Part shown: positions 50,553-62,669 of the stretch, piece by piece
How positions within the stretch are numbered: position 1 is the first letter of the stretch
How the letters are laid out: every line of letters begins with the position of its first letter
From: Mobula hypostoma
Lineage: Eukaryota
Direction: 5' to 3'
Assembly (NCBI RefSeq): GCF_963921235.1
Contig: NC_086097.1
Span: 97,280,001-97,344,000 of the forward strand
Length of the DNA stretch: 64,000 nt
Made by a program: the position numbers and the translations under genes
The notes under the pieces: model-generated
What the model was told of the DNA's origin: nothing
Database searches by the model: none
The model's input: only the letters and a program-made list of their open reading frames with translations

Positions 50553-51058
50553 AGAACATAGAAAACTTACAGCACAATCTTCCACACTATCCACAACACC
50601 CCCAATCTTTGTGTCATCAGCAGATTTACTAACCCATCCCTCAACTTCCTCATCCAGGTCATTTATAAAAATCACAAAGTGTAGGGGTCCCAGAACAGAT
50701 CCCTGCGGCACACCACTGGTGACCGACCTCCATGCAGAATATGACCCATCTACAACCACTCTTTGCCTTCCGTGGGCAAGCCAGTTCTGGATCCACAAAG
50801 CAACGTCCCCTTGGATCCCATGCCTCCTTACTTTCTCAATAAGTCTTGCATGGGGTACCTTATCAAATGCCTTGCTGAAATCCATATAAACTACATCTAC
50901 TGCTCTACCTTCATCAATGTCTTTAGTCACATCCTCAAAAAATTCAATCAGGCTCATAAGGTATGACCTGCCTTTGACAAAGCCATGCTGACTATTCCTA
51001 ATCATATTATGCCTCTCCAAGTGTTCATAAATCCTGTTTCTCAGGATCTTCTCCATCA
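50553..51058 (-). mobile_element. Internally deleted CR1: RT segment fused directly to the 3' tail
   Basis: [11 protein letters not shown]...[17 protein letters not shown] joined to attgtgctgtaagttttctatgttctatgt; AATTACAT at 50545-50552 and 51059-51066. Confidence 0.8.
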
Positions 51059-51840
51059 AATTACATTAACAAATTTTCCCAATTCCAAATGACAGTAACA
51101 GACCCCACATTTTGGATCTGCTAATATAGTATAGACTAGGAGTAAATCATAAATTTGCTGGAATTAAGCCAGTCACAGACTAAGCCATGAAGACTGGTTG
51201 GAAGCAGTAGAGAGAACATTTTAATCAACTTATTGGTGTAACTGCTTAATTCTTAAAGCAGTTCCTATGGTGAGATTGGCACTTTAAGGCAGCTAACTCT
51301 GACAATGAATAGCTTATACAACAGCTCAGAGAGCTTCTCGAGGTACTGTGTCAGAAAAGCCTCAGAAATGCTTCACAGGAGTTGAAATATGTTGGCATAA
51401 ATTATACGCTAAAAATGCTGGCTGAGCAGCATCTGTGGAGACAGAAAAAACAGTTATTGTTTCAGATTGATGACCTTTAACTCCTTTTTCTCCTTCCATA
51501 GATGGTGCCTGACCTGCTGTGTGTGTGTCAAGCATTTTCTGCTTTATTTCAGATTTCCAGCATCTGCAGTATGTAGAAATCATTTCTGTGCAGAAGACAC
51601 CACCACCCCATGCCACACCAGCAGGCAAGGCATATACAATCGGAAAACTATATTGTTGAGTGGTGGCATTACTTGCGTTTGGAAAATACTCCTTATTTTT
51701 AAAGAGGACCATGGAGTCTCATTCTGGCTGGAGAAGGCAGTGAATTTTTCAGATAGGTGCAGGTGGCTAGCAAGCCCTGCCCTCAGCCGCCCCCTTAACC
51801 AGTTTTAATCCTCAGCCCTGCCCAATGAGAGATGACTCAC

Positions 51841-52049
51841 TCTGACAGGTTCTGTTTCTCCGAGAAGACCCTGAGAACAAACTCGCCCTCCTGATGTGGT
51901 TCATAAGTGGAAGGAATGATCACATATTCGCCTGGGGGAAGTCTGAAGCGGTCCGATATCTCCCTCAGGTTAATGTATGACTTTGACCTGCATTTGGAGG
52001 CGTGGTAGAGGAAGAAATCTTTGGGAAGGTGCTGCTTATTGCCATGCAT
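51841..52049 (-). CDS. CAPN3: Calpain-3 exon 13 (209 nt): [69 protein letters not shown]
   Basis: ttttttcccag|ATG...TCA GA|gtgagt; CBSW/domain III. Confidence 0.98.
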
Positions 52050-52224
52050 CTGGGAAAAAAAATAATAAAGAAACATTTTTGTTCCAATGGTAAAATCAAA
52101 ACAATGGATTTCCTGATAATAAATGCAAACACCAGGAATTCTGCAGATGCTGGAAATTCAAGAAACACACATCAAAGTTGCTGGTGAACGCAGCAGGCCA
52201 GGCAGCATCTCTAGGAAGAGGTAC

Positions 52225-52260
52225 AGTCGACGTTTCAGGCCAAGACCCTTCGTCAGGACT
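52225..52260 (-). ncRNA. Minimal type I hammerhead ribozyme motif (PLE)
   Basis: agtc-CTGACGA-agggtcttggcct-GAAA-C-GTC-gact. Confidence 0.78.
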
Positions 52261-54391
52261 AACTGCAAGAAGAGCTAGTAAGAGATTTGAAAGTGGGAGG
52301 GGGCGGGAGAGATCCAAAATGATAGGAGAAGACAGGAGGGGGAGGGATGGAGCCAAGAGCTGGACAGGTGATTGGCAAAAGGGATATGAGAGGATCATGG
52401 GACAGGAAGCCCAGGGAGAAAGAAAAGAGGGAGGGGGGAAGCCCAGAGGATGGGCAAGGGGTATAGTGAGAGGGACAGAGGGAGAAAAAGGAGAGAGGGA
52501 AAAAGAATGTGTGTATATAAATAAATAACGGATGGGGTATAAGCGGGAGGTGGGGAATTAGCGGAAGTTTGAGAAGTCAATGTTCATACCATCAGGTTGG
52601 AGGCTACCCAGATGGAATATAAGGTGTTGTTCCTCCAACCCGAGTGTGGCTTCATCTTTACAATAGAGGAGGCCGTGGATAGACTTATCAGAATGGGAAT
52701 TGAATGTGGAATTAAAATGTGTGGCCAGTGGGAGATCCTGCTTTCTCTGGCGGACAGAGCGTAGGTGTTCAGCGAAACGATCTCCCAGTCTGCATTTTCA
52801 GCGAAACGATCTCCCAGTCCATTTCCCCTCTACCACCACTCTGCTCCATTTCGTGGAATTAGTCCTTACTCTTAATAATTTCTACGTTGGCTCCTCCCAC
52901 TTCCTCCAAACTGAAGGTGTAGCCATGGGCACCTGTATGGGTCCTAGCTATGCCTGCCTTTTTGTTGGCTTTGTGGAACAATCTAACCTGTTCTGGTATC
53001 TGTCCCCCACTTTTCCTTCACTACATCGACGACTGCATTGGCGCTGCTTCCTGCACGCATGCTGAGCTCGTTGACTTCATTAACTTTGCCTCCAACTCTC
53101 ACCCTCCCCTCAAGTTTACCTGGTTCATTTCCGACACCTCCCTCCCCTTTCCAGATCTTTCTGTCTCTATCTCTGGAGACAGCTTATCTACTGACATCTA
53201 CTATAAGCCTACGGACTCACAGCTATCTGGACTATTCCTCTTCTCACTCTGTCTCTTGCAAAACTGCCATCCCCTTCTTGCAATTCCTCCGTCTCCGCCG
53301 CATCTGCTCTCAGGATGAGGCTTTTCATTCCAGGACGAAGGAGATGTCCTCCTTTATTAAAGAAAGGGGCTTCCCTTCCTCCACCATCAACTCTGCTCTC
53401 AAACGCATCTCCCCCATTTCACGCACATCTGCTCTCACTCCATCCTCTGCCACCCCACTAGGAATAGAGTTCCCCTTGTCCTCACCTACCACCCCACCAG
53501 CCTCCAGGTCCAACATATAATTCTCCGTAATTTCCGCCACCTCCAACAGGATCCCACCACTAAGCACATCTTTCCCTCCCCCCCCCACCAGCTTTCTGCA
53601 GGAATCACTCCCTACGCGACTCCCTTGTCCATTCGTTCCCCCCCCCCCATCCCTTCCCACCGATCTCCCTCCTGGCACTTATCCTTGTAAGCAGAACAAG
53701 TGCTACACATGCCCTTACACGTCCTCTCTCACCACCATTCAGGGCCCCAAACAGTCCTTCCAGGTGAGGCGACACTTCACCTGTGAGTTGACTGGGGCGA
53801 TATACTGCATCCGGTGCTCCCGATGCGGCCTTCTATATATTGGCGAGACCCGACGCAGACTGGGAGACTGCTTTGCTGAACACCTACACTCTGTCCGCCA
53901 GAGAAAGCAGGATCTCCCAGTGGCCACACATTTTAATTCCACATCCCATTCCCATTCTGACATGTCTATCCACGGCCTCCTTTATTGTAAAGATGAAGCC
54001 ACACTCATGTTGGAGGAACAACACCTTATATTCCATCTGGGTAGCCTCCAACCTGGTGGCACGAACACTACCTTCTCAAACTTCCGCTAATGCCCCACCT
54101 CCCCCTCGTACCCCATCCGTTATTTATTTATATACACACATTCTTTTTCTTTCTCTCCTTTTTCTCCCTGTGTCCCTCTCACTATACCCCTTGCCCATCC
54201 TCTGGGCTTTCCCCCCCTCTCCCCCTTCTCTTTCTCCCTGGGCCTCCTGTCCCATGATCCTCTCATATCCCCTTTGCCAATCACCTGTCCAGCTCTTGGC
54301 TCCATCCCTCCCCCTCCTGTCTTCTCCTATCATTTTGGATCTCCCCCTCCCCCTCCCACTTTCAAATCTCTTACTAGCTCTTCCTTCAGTT

Positions 54392-54427
54392 AGTCCTGAC
54401 GAAGGGTCTCGGCCCGAAACGTCGACT
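54392..54427 (+). ncRNA. Minimal type I hammerhead ribozyme motif (PLE)
   Basis: agtc-CTGACGA-a-gggtctcggccc-GAAA-C-GTC-gact. Confidence 0.8.
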
Positions 54428-54589
54428 GTACCTCTTCCTAGAGACGCTGCCTGGCCTGCTGCCTTCACCAGCAACTTTGATGTGTGTTGCTTGATTTCCT
54501 GATAACGTACTTGGGTTCAACAAAGACTGGCAGGATTGGCTGGGGAGAGACCTTTCCTCCTGACAAGAGAACAAGGAAGGAGCCTGGCT

Positions 54590-54985
54590 GTACTCTACAG
54601 TGTGATACTGATCAGATGGTAAATTGGGCCGAGCGATAGCAGATGGAATTTAATCCTTAGAAGTATGAGGGAGGGTATAACAAAAATTGGGCATAGATCC
54701 ATGAATGGTAGGGCCCCAGGAAGTACTGAGGGACAGAAGAACCTTAGTATACAAGTCCAAAGACCCCTGAAAATGGCAGCACACGTAGATAGGGTGATGA
54801 AAAAGGGTACATAGGATATTTGCCTTTATTAGATGGAGCTAAAATATTTGAGCAATGAAATCATTGTAAAATATTGGCTCAGCTATAATGAGAGTATCAT
54901 GGTCATTTCTGATCACCGCACTGTGGAAAGGATGAAACTGCACTGCAGAAGGAAGAGAGGAGTTTCACCAAGATGGAGTGCTTCC
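54590..54985 (+). mobile_element. Old CR1 fragment
   Basis: gcagatggaatttaatcc...gaggaagagaggagtttcaccaagatg resembles the CR1 post-RT region. Confidence 0.55.
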
Positions 54986-55440
54986 ATTAAAAGCAATGGA
55001 CCAAAGGGTCAGCTGCCTTACTATACCACTCAAAAACCTGATAAAGCTAAATAGAGACTAGGATTCTTCCTGCAGCAGGTTGTGAGAGTACAGTTACCAA
55101 TGGAGAATTAGGGAACTTAAATGGAATTTTTTTTGAGAGAGGATCAAAACCAGGAACCAGACTAAAAAACCATTACTCAAGGGTGACAATCTGTGGGTTA
55201 TGTGGTAACAACACTAGTTAGAGAGGGTTTCTTAAAGTGAAGCCCAGCCATCCTATAATAGCACAAAACCACGCAGCCTTTTCAGAACAGGATGATACAG
55301 TACAAGTAACATGGAAACAAGGCATTGCAAGCATATTAGGACAAGTGAGTCGGGAAAAGCAGCTAAGTAAACTTGTAGCCACAAACATCAGAACAAACAC
55401 GTCACCACAATCCACAATCGTTTGCTCTTCATTTATTTAC

Positions 55441-55452
55441 CTCCTTTGGCAC
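55441..55452 (-). CDS. CAPN3: Calpain-3 exon 12, 12-nt microexon VPKE
   Basis: ttttttcttgttttgttaaag|GTG CCA AAG GAG|gtaaat; fills the gap between AIYE and MHGNK exactly. Confidence 0.95.
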
Positions 55453-56170
55453 CTTTAACAAAACAAGAAAAAAGAAAAATGTTAACAAATCCAACTATAT
55501 AAAACACATGAATAGATAATTGAACTGTATAAGTGCTGGGGACAATTGTGCAAGGTAAAATTGCTCAATAGTGCAGACATGACTGGTTATGAGGTGACAA
55601 CATGGGGTGGTGAATGAGGAGAAACGGGAATGCAGGAATGCCCAAATATATGATCAGCTAATCTGCTGACAGACCAAATGCACATGATGAAACCAACTGG
55701 CTAGGTTACCAGCGGTGGCTGTCAACACTTTCTGGAGAATATGATGAAAAATTAATAAAGAAACTTTTCCACACTTTAAACTGGTTGCTTTTACATTGTT
55801 TAACCTATATGAAAGATCACAGACCTGCAATATTATCTCTGTTTCTCTCTCCACAGATGCTGCCCAACCTGCTGAGTATCTCCAGCACTTGTTATATTAA
55901 CTTTGTGTCTATGTCCCTGTCTTTCCTGTTTCTGTTTGTCTAAAGTGTTTTTGCTTACAACAGTAAGAACTACTTGTATTAAAATAGTACATGTGTTAAA
56001 ATTGAAACATGTACAAAAATGTTTATTGGGAGTGTTGTGGAATTGTTTCATATCCAGCACATTTGACTAAAAATTTGGCTTAAAGCAGGGAGAGATAAAG
56101 AGTAGGGAAGGCAAGAAATGCACAGCCTACATTGATAAACAGGAATCAAAAATGTCCAGAGCTCTAGAAG

Positions 56171-57358
56171 TGTCATGATCCGGTCCGTGAAGTCCGTATT
56201 CTGGTTCACGGTCCGGTCCTTCAACCCTTGCTCCAGGTTTTCCTGTCTACCCTGTTTCTGTTCTTGTTGAGCTCTAATTGAGGCAGCTGATGCTCATTGG
56301 GGCTGGCTGCATAAGTACCTTCAGAGACCAGGGCATGGCTGCTGGATTGTTCTTGTCCTTACTCCTTGTATCCCTTCCTCTACCTTCTGTTTCCTCGCCA
56401 GAAGCTTTGCCTTGTTTTGCCAGTAACTCTCGCCTACCTGAAGTTCTCATCTCACCTTGCTTTGCCTGAAGTCTTGCCTTGTCTTGCTGCTAACTCTCGC
56501 CTCGTCTCACCTACAGTCTTGTCCTGGAGCCACCCTGTACCTAGCTCCCCTCCTGTCCCTTGCCTCTGCCCAGGTAAGCCAGGCTGTCTTGCCGTTACCT
56601 GCGGCTGGTTCTGTCCCTTCCTGTCCCTAGCCTCTGTCGGGTAAGCCAGGCCGTATTCCCATTACCTACAGTTGGTTCTGTCCCTTCCTGTCCCTTGCCT
56701 CCATTGGGAAAGCCAGGCCGTATTGCCGTTACCTACAGTTGGTTCTGTCCCTTCCTAACCCTTGCCTCTGTCGGGTAAGCCAGGCCATCTTGCCGTTACC
56801 TGCGGTTGGTTCTGTCCCTTCCTATCCCTTGCCTCTGTCGGGCGGTGATCCGCGCGCTGCCCAGGAGGAGCCTCCAGCCTCCAGCCTCCTGCCAAGCCTC
56901 ACCTCTAGCCTCTAGCCTCAAGCCTGAAGACTCCAGCCTCCTGCTTCCTGCCAAGCCGCGCCTCTAGCTTCTAGTCTCAATCCTGAAGGCTCCAGCCTCC
57001 TGCCTCCTGCCAAGCCTCACCTCATCTCTAGCCTCTAGCCTCCTGCCAAGCCTCGCCTCAAGTCTCTAGCTTCTAGCCTCAAGCCTTGAGACTCCAGCCT
57101 TGTCCTGCCTGCCAGCCAAGCCTCATCCTTGCCTAGTTCTGAGGTCCAAGCCAGAGGCAAGACCCAGGTACTGGGTCCTTGTCCAGTCTCTGGCTCGGAG
57201 TCCAAGCCTGGGCTCCTAGCTCTCTTGTTCAGTCCTGTTCCGGGTTCCCGGTTTTCGTGTCCATGTCCTTGACCTCACCCTGTATCCTAGTCCTGTCCCT
57301 GGTACTTCAGTGTCTGTGTCTTGCACTTGGGTCCGTTCCCAACCACCTCCGTATGACA
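56171..57358. mobile_element. Solo LTR (1188 bp), 5-bp TSD, internal tandem repeats
   Basis: TGTCAT...ATGACA termini; AGAAG at 56166-56170 and 57359-57363. Confidence 0.9.
56573..56843. repeat. 4 x 67-bp tandem repeat within the LTR
   Basis: ggtaagccagg-like units start at 56573, 56640, 56707 and 56774; short agcct-rich repeats follow to about 57130. Confidence 0.9.
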
Positions 57359-58135
57359 AGAAGGACTATGGGTTGTAGGGCTGAAAGCAATGGAAGGATT
57401 GCAACCAAGGGGTACAAATTGCAAAATTGAGGTATTGGTGGCCCAGGGGTTAGTGTACGTCAGCAGAACTCAGGAACATGGAACAACCAAGTCAGGTCGT
57501 GGTAACAGAGTTCTGGATAAACTCAGTTTATGGATGTTAGAGACCTCTAGGAGAGGGCTCAACAGCTGATGGAGAAGGATGAGCAGCAGATGGATGATAC
57601 TCCAAGGTGAGCGTAGATCAACGCAGAGGATATGGGGTTGGAAGTCGGACATGCAACTTGAGTGTGGGTCGTTCTGATAAGGTGAAAATGAGAGCTGCTC
57701 AGGTGCACTTGGAAACCGATTATGTGGCTTTGGATACTGTTGCTTGCGGACAGCATATGAATGAGAAATATGAAACCAGGGTCAGATTCTTCAGGGGCTT
57801 CTGCACAGGAATAGGAAGAGAGGATTTCTGCCTGCATTCCAATAAATCTCAGGCAATCTCTCAGAGGGGTGAATCTCATCATCCCAAATGTCACTTACAT
57901 CTTTATTAAGGATCACTTCAGTGCTGTAGCTGGGGAACAAATGTAATTGGGAGGGTTGGGGTGCAATCAGTTGTGCTGCTGTCTTTGCATATGGAATCTT
58001 CCTTCTCCTTTGAAATCTTTGAAACCCTATGGATCCACTTCAGATCTTCTTAAGCCTTTGTTAACACATAGTCTCTCCCAACAAGACACAAACAAATTGT
58101 TAAGTTACTTATCTCAAGGAATCTTCAGCAGTTAC

Positions 58136-58305
58136 CTCATAAATAGCGAAACCAATGGTATGAAAATTGACCCCAATTTTGCGCTCCTTACGGCGGTTCT
58201 TTTGCATCAGAGCAACGAGAAACGTACAGAGGACCTCATCATTGTCCGGATCATCATCCTCTTCAAACAGCTTCAGCCGGTACTGTGGGTTGGTCCAGAA
58301 GGTGT
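58136..58305 (-). CDS. CAPN3: Calpain-3 exon 11 (170 nt): [57 protein letters not shown]
   Basis: ccttcaataag|AC...GAG|gtaact. Confidence 0.98.
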
Positions 58306-58534
58306 CTTATTGAAGGAATGGAGAGAGGGAGGGAAGAACATTGATCATTGGTGATTTGTTCTGACAGTCTAAAACACTACAAAAAGACTACAGAAAGGAA
58401 CCATTGACCAGAGAGAAGGAACAGATAGAAGAGTTGCTGAAGGAAAGGAGACATGTCAAAGGAATAAATAAATTGGGGTAGGAACATAAAACAGGAACAG
58501 TCCTTCAGCCCACTATGTCTGTGCTAATCATGAT

Positions 58535-61138
58535 CAGTGTTCGCTCTCATTTTTTTTAATAGCAGCGCAAATCAACCATTGTTATGAGCAGGAAATTTTT
58601 ACACTGAATGGCACTTAAAATTTTTTTGTAATATTCCCACTATAAATATTTAGAATGAAAATTGAAAAATCACATATTTTTGATTTTATTTTTTAATTGA
58701 AGGTATAAACAACAAAGAAAATCTTTCACCTTTCATAAACTTGTTCTCATCTGTCTTTATGACAAATCCAGATTAATTTTGTATCCAGATGAAAGATACA
58801 TCTTTATCCTCATTAGATCATCCAAATGTTTCACTTCTTGTCTGTTTTTTGGTTACATTTGATTGAATTCATGAGCCTGAATCCACATTCACAGTCAACA
58901 CTAGAAGTTTGAATGTTCCAATGATGTCAACAAGAACTGACAGTTCTTCGAATTCTTCATGTCTAAGCACATAGTTCAGTGAACATCTTAATTGAATCAG
59001 TCTTACTTTTCTCAGAAAAAACAAATCCGAAATAACACCTTTGCTGCGATATTTTTGAGGCAATGCTTTCGTCGTACAGGTTGACATCCTTGAATCTGGC
59101 AATCAGTAATCCTATTCCACCACTGGTCTGGACATTATTGTCACCAACCAATTCCAAATTTCCCGTGTTGCACAGCAACCCGTCGCCACTGTTTTGGAGG
59201 TGCCATTAACAGAATCAGCTGCTGGCATGGTCTTTAAAAGAAGCAAGATGTTCCTCTGTATTATTCTGCATTTATTTTATAACCTGTGCTTATCTAGCCC
59301 CAGTCATGCCTTCATTGAATGAAGGAAGTGGTTCTCGTGGTGTAAAGCGCAAACACCGTACATTATCTGTACAAGATAAGGTGGAAGTTCTGAAAAAACT
59401 TGACAGTGGTATGTCTGTGAAAAGCATATATGACTTGTATAACATTGCTTCTTCCACAGTTTATGATATAAAGGTACAAAAAGAAAAGTTGCTCCAATTC
59501 TTCATGGACAGTGAATTAAAAAAAAGCAGATGCACATAAGGAAAACAATGAAAGCCAGAAGTTGTTCACAACAAGATAAAGTTCTCCAAGTGGTTTACAC
59601 TTTGCATCAGCGAAGGTGTAGAACTGTCAGGAGAGATGGTGAAGGACAATTATTTCAGGAAAAATTAGGGCTGGATTATGAGTGTGATTATAGTGAAGGG
59701 TGGCTTCAGTGTTTCAAGCAGAATAAAACTTAGTGCAGTGTGTGGTGAAAAGCAGTCAGTGAACAATGAAGCAGCTGCTGAAGTTGTTGATGAGTTCACT
59801 AAGTTAGTTTCTGATGAAAATTTAAGTCCCGAGTGGGACTACAACACAGACAAAACCGTTTTATTTTGGCGTAGTACTCCAAGATGAACTCCGACTATAG
59901 AGGATGCAGAATCACCAAATGCTTTAATGCTGCAGGACCCACGGGTGTAGTTTGTTAGTCATTGTCAAAAGTTTATGTCCCAGAGCTTTCAAAGACATGA
60001 AGCAGTTTCTAGTAATTTACCATGCCTACAAAAAAAGATGGATTGGAGGTGAGGGGGGAATTGAGGAAGGGGTTGATGATTGCGATGACGTACTTTTTGT
60101 ACAGGGGGTGGTGTGGGTTTGATGCCTCTTTCCGAATGACTTTCATGTTCTTTCTTTGTTTCATGGCTATCTGGAGAAGACAAATTTCAGAGTTGTATAT
60201 GGATATATGCTTTGGTAATAAATGAACCTAGGAACCTTTAAACATTACATTGGAATAGTTTGTGTATTACTTTGTTCCAGGTGCAAGAGCTCACTGTGAC
60301 TCTATTGGTCTGGGCAACAATTGTAAGATAATGCTGATTTTAGATAACTGTTCTGTGCATTCAAGAGCAGTACTCTTGGTAAAGAATAATATTTATGGTA
60401 TCTACTTGCCACCTAATTGTACGTCATTAATTCAACTCCTGGACAATGGGATATTACGCTCTTTGAAAGCTAAATATTGCTCCCTGTTTATGAAGTGAGA
60501 ACTGAGTGCAGTTGACTCTGGCAGACCAGTACAGGAATTTGTGAAATAATTGCTTTTTATTTGTTGTTTCTTTTTTCTCTATTATCCAAGAGTGAGGTGA
60601 TCATCAAGTGGGTTAGAGGTGTTTATTTATTTAATCTTAATCTCACCACCTGTGATTTGGTAAAATCATTAATCCACACTGCAAGGTCCCAATCATTCTG
60701 GACTGGTTGTGGTCAACCTGCAGTTCATAGAAGCAGCAGAGTACTTTTTATTTGTTGGCATTCAGCAGGCCGATGGTTTATTAACAATGAGCTACCGATT
60801 TCCATTCTGTGTTTATTGTTACAATTTGTGACAGTGTTGTAACTTGAAACACTGACAATGTAAATAGGTTGAAGCTCTGAAATATCTCAAGGTAAAGGTT
60901 GTGATACATTTATTATTTAGAAATTTTATGGATTATATTCATTAACACATAATTAATTACAGGGTACTTCACAATTATATTAACATAGAGTTCAAAATTA
61001 TATAGAGTAGTTTCAAAATTATATTGACAGTATATAAAAGAAAATTCCAACTGCACTGCAACAAATACTATGTGCGCAAGAACATGATTACAGTGTTACT
61101 GCACCGACGCACACCCACACAGCTTAGAGGGAACAGTG
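58535..61138 (-). mobile_element. hAT DNA transposon (deletion derivative), 8-bp TSD
   Basis: TIRs CAGTGTTCGCTCTCA and CACTGTTCCCTCTAA (12/15 match); ATCATGAT at 58527-58534 and 61139-61146; minus-strand SSVDCECGFRLMNSIK...HLDDLMRIK resembles the hAT dimerisation domain (about 58800-58910). Confidence 0.88.
59306..60550 (+). pseudogene. Decayed pogo/Tigger (CENP-B/Jerky-like) transposase
   Basis: KRKHRTLSVQDKVEVLKKLD (HTH-psq), SEGWLQCFK, YNTDKTVLFW, LILDNCSVH and LPPNCTSLIQLLDNGILRSLK; frameshifted, with a Rex-tail insert at about 59995-60240. Confidence 0.85.
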
Positions 61139-62669
61139 ATCATGATACCAATTTAAACTGCACATCAGCTTGCATGTGATACACATCCCTCCACTGGCTG
61201 CTTGTTCATCTATATGTCTAAAGGCCACTTAAATATTTCTATCATTATCTGCTTGCTCTACTTCCCTTGGCTGCATATTCCAGGCATCTATCTCTCTGTG
61301 TAAAAAAAACTTGATTCATAAATCTTTAAAATTCCCTTGTCCAATTTTCACAAAAATAAGCCTGATTTTGACAGTCACTATTTATGTGCCCTCATTCTAC
61401 CAGGAGAGGACGGGTGATCCTCATATCTCACCCTGCTGGGCAACCAAATCCAGATTTTCTTTCTCTGGTACACTGGTGGATATTTATGAGCCAGTTAATG
61501 TATTGCTAGTAAGGAGGGTATTACAGTATTACCCAAAACAAAGAGGGAACATACAGATTTTTCACTGGCAGCCAACACAGGGTCGTTTACCAGGTAGTGT
61601 CTGCAACTCTCATCTGACACTGTCTTGCTGATAGTGTCATAGCTTCAATTCACCATTAGGCCTTACAGTCTGACAGTGGAACAAAGCTTGCTAGAGTGTC
61701 TCTGCACTTGCTCTGGGGATTGAATACCCGCACTAGGTTAGTCCTGGGACAGGATACACATTCTTATCCATTCTCAATGACAAATGTGCTGCTTTACAGA
61801 AGAAAGGTGCATTTCATGTAACTATCTTGTTCAAATTAAGTTTTCATTGTTTATTTCATTTGTAATAGATCCTAAATGTTTCTGAATGTCATGTTCAGAA
61901 GGATCAGAAATTGTCGATAGGTTTGACAAGTGGCCTCCTGTCAAAACTTTGCAGGCAGCTTGAAGGGTGCTCATGTTGACCTAACGAAGATTCCGCGTAC
62001 CAAACATTTGGCTCCAGGATCGCTGTCTTCAGAACAGATGAGACTGAAATAAAGGAAGCAGTGGGTGTATGTGGGCTAGGGAGGGGTCCACCCCTTCCCA
62101 AGCAGCAGTGGTCTGAGTGTAAATCTAATTTCACACCACACACAGTTACTAGCACAACTCACAAAGCACTGGCGAAACACAGTCATTAGGCAGTATCTAT
62201 GGAGGAGAATGGACAGTCAGCAATTTCAGATCACGGCTCTTTATCTGGACTGAAGTCTTCAGTGAGATGACCCCTGAAGGCACTCACTCGCATGCAGTCC
62301 TTTGAAGCTAGGCAGGGACATCCACATCGGGTTAATTAGCCACTGTAAAAACAGAATTGCCCTTATTGTGTGGGTGGGTGGTAGAATCTAGTGTGTGTTG
62401 ATGGGAACGTGGGGAGAACAGGACACAGGGAATATTAGTTGGGATTGAGGTTGCTCTGTGACCTGGCATAGACTTGATGTCATAAGGAAATCTGAAAATT
62501 GATATGAAAATATTATCAGCCTCTTCATAGCACAACAGGGGGGAAATTAAATCCACTTTCCTCAAATTCTATAGTAAGCAAATAAAGTTACCAGACGGGG
62601 AGGAAAAGGTGGAAGGTGTCAGGGAGGGATGGAAAAGAGACCCACAACTGGCAGTAGGGAAGGACTCAC

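Larger units (their letters stand above)
52120..54492. mobile_element. Penelope-like element with inverted pseudo-LTR, 13-bp TSD
   Basis: Plus body 52821-54492 (GVAMGTCMGPSYA, YIDDC, GAIYCIRCSRCGLLYIGET). The minus arm 52120-52793 is an inverted copy of 53855-54492 plus a tail. GATTTCCTGATAA at 52107-52119 and 54493-54505. Confidence 0.93.
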
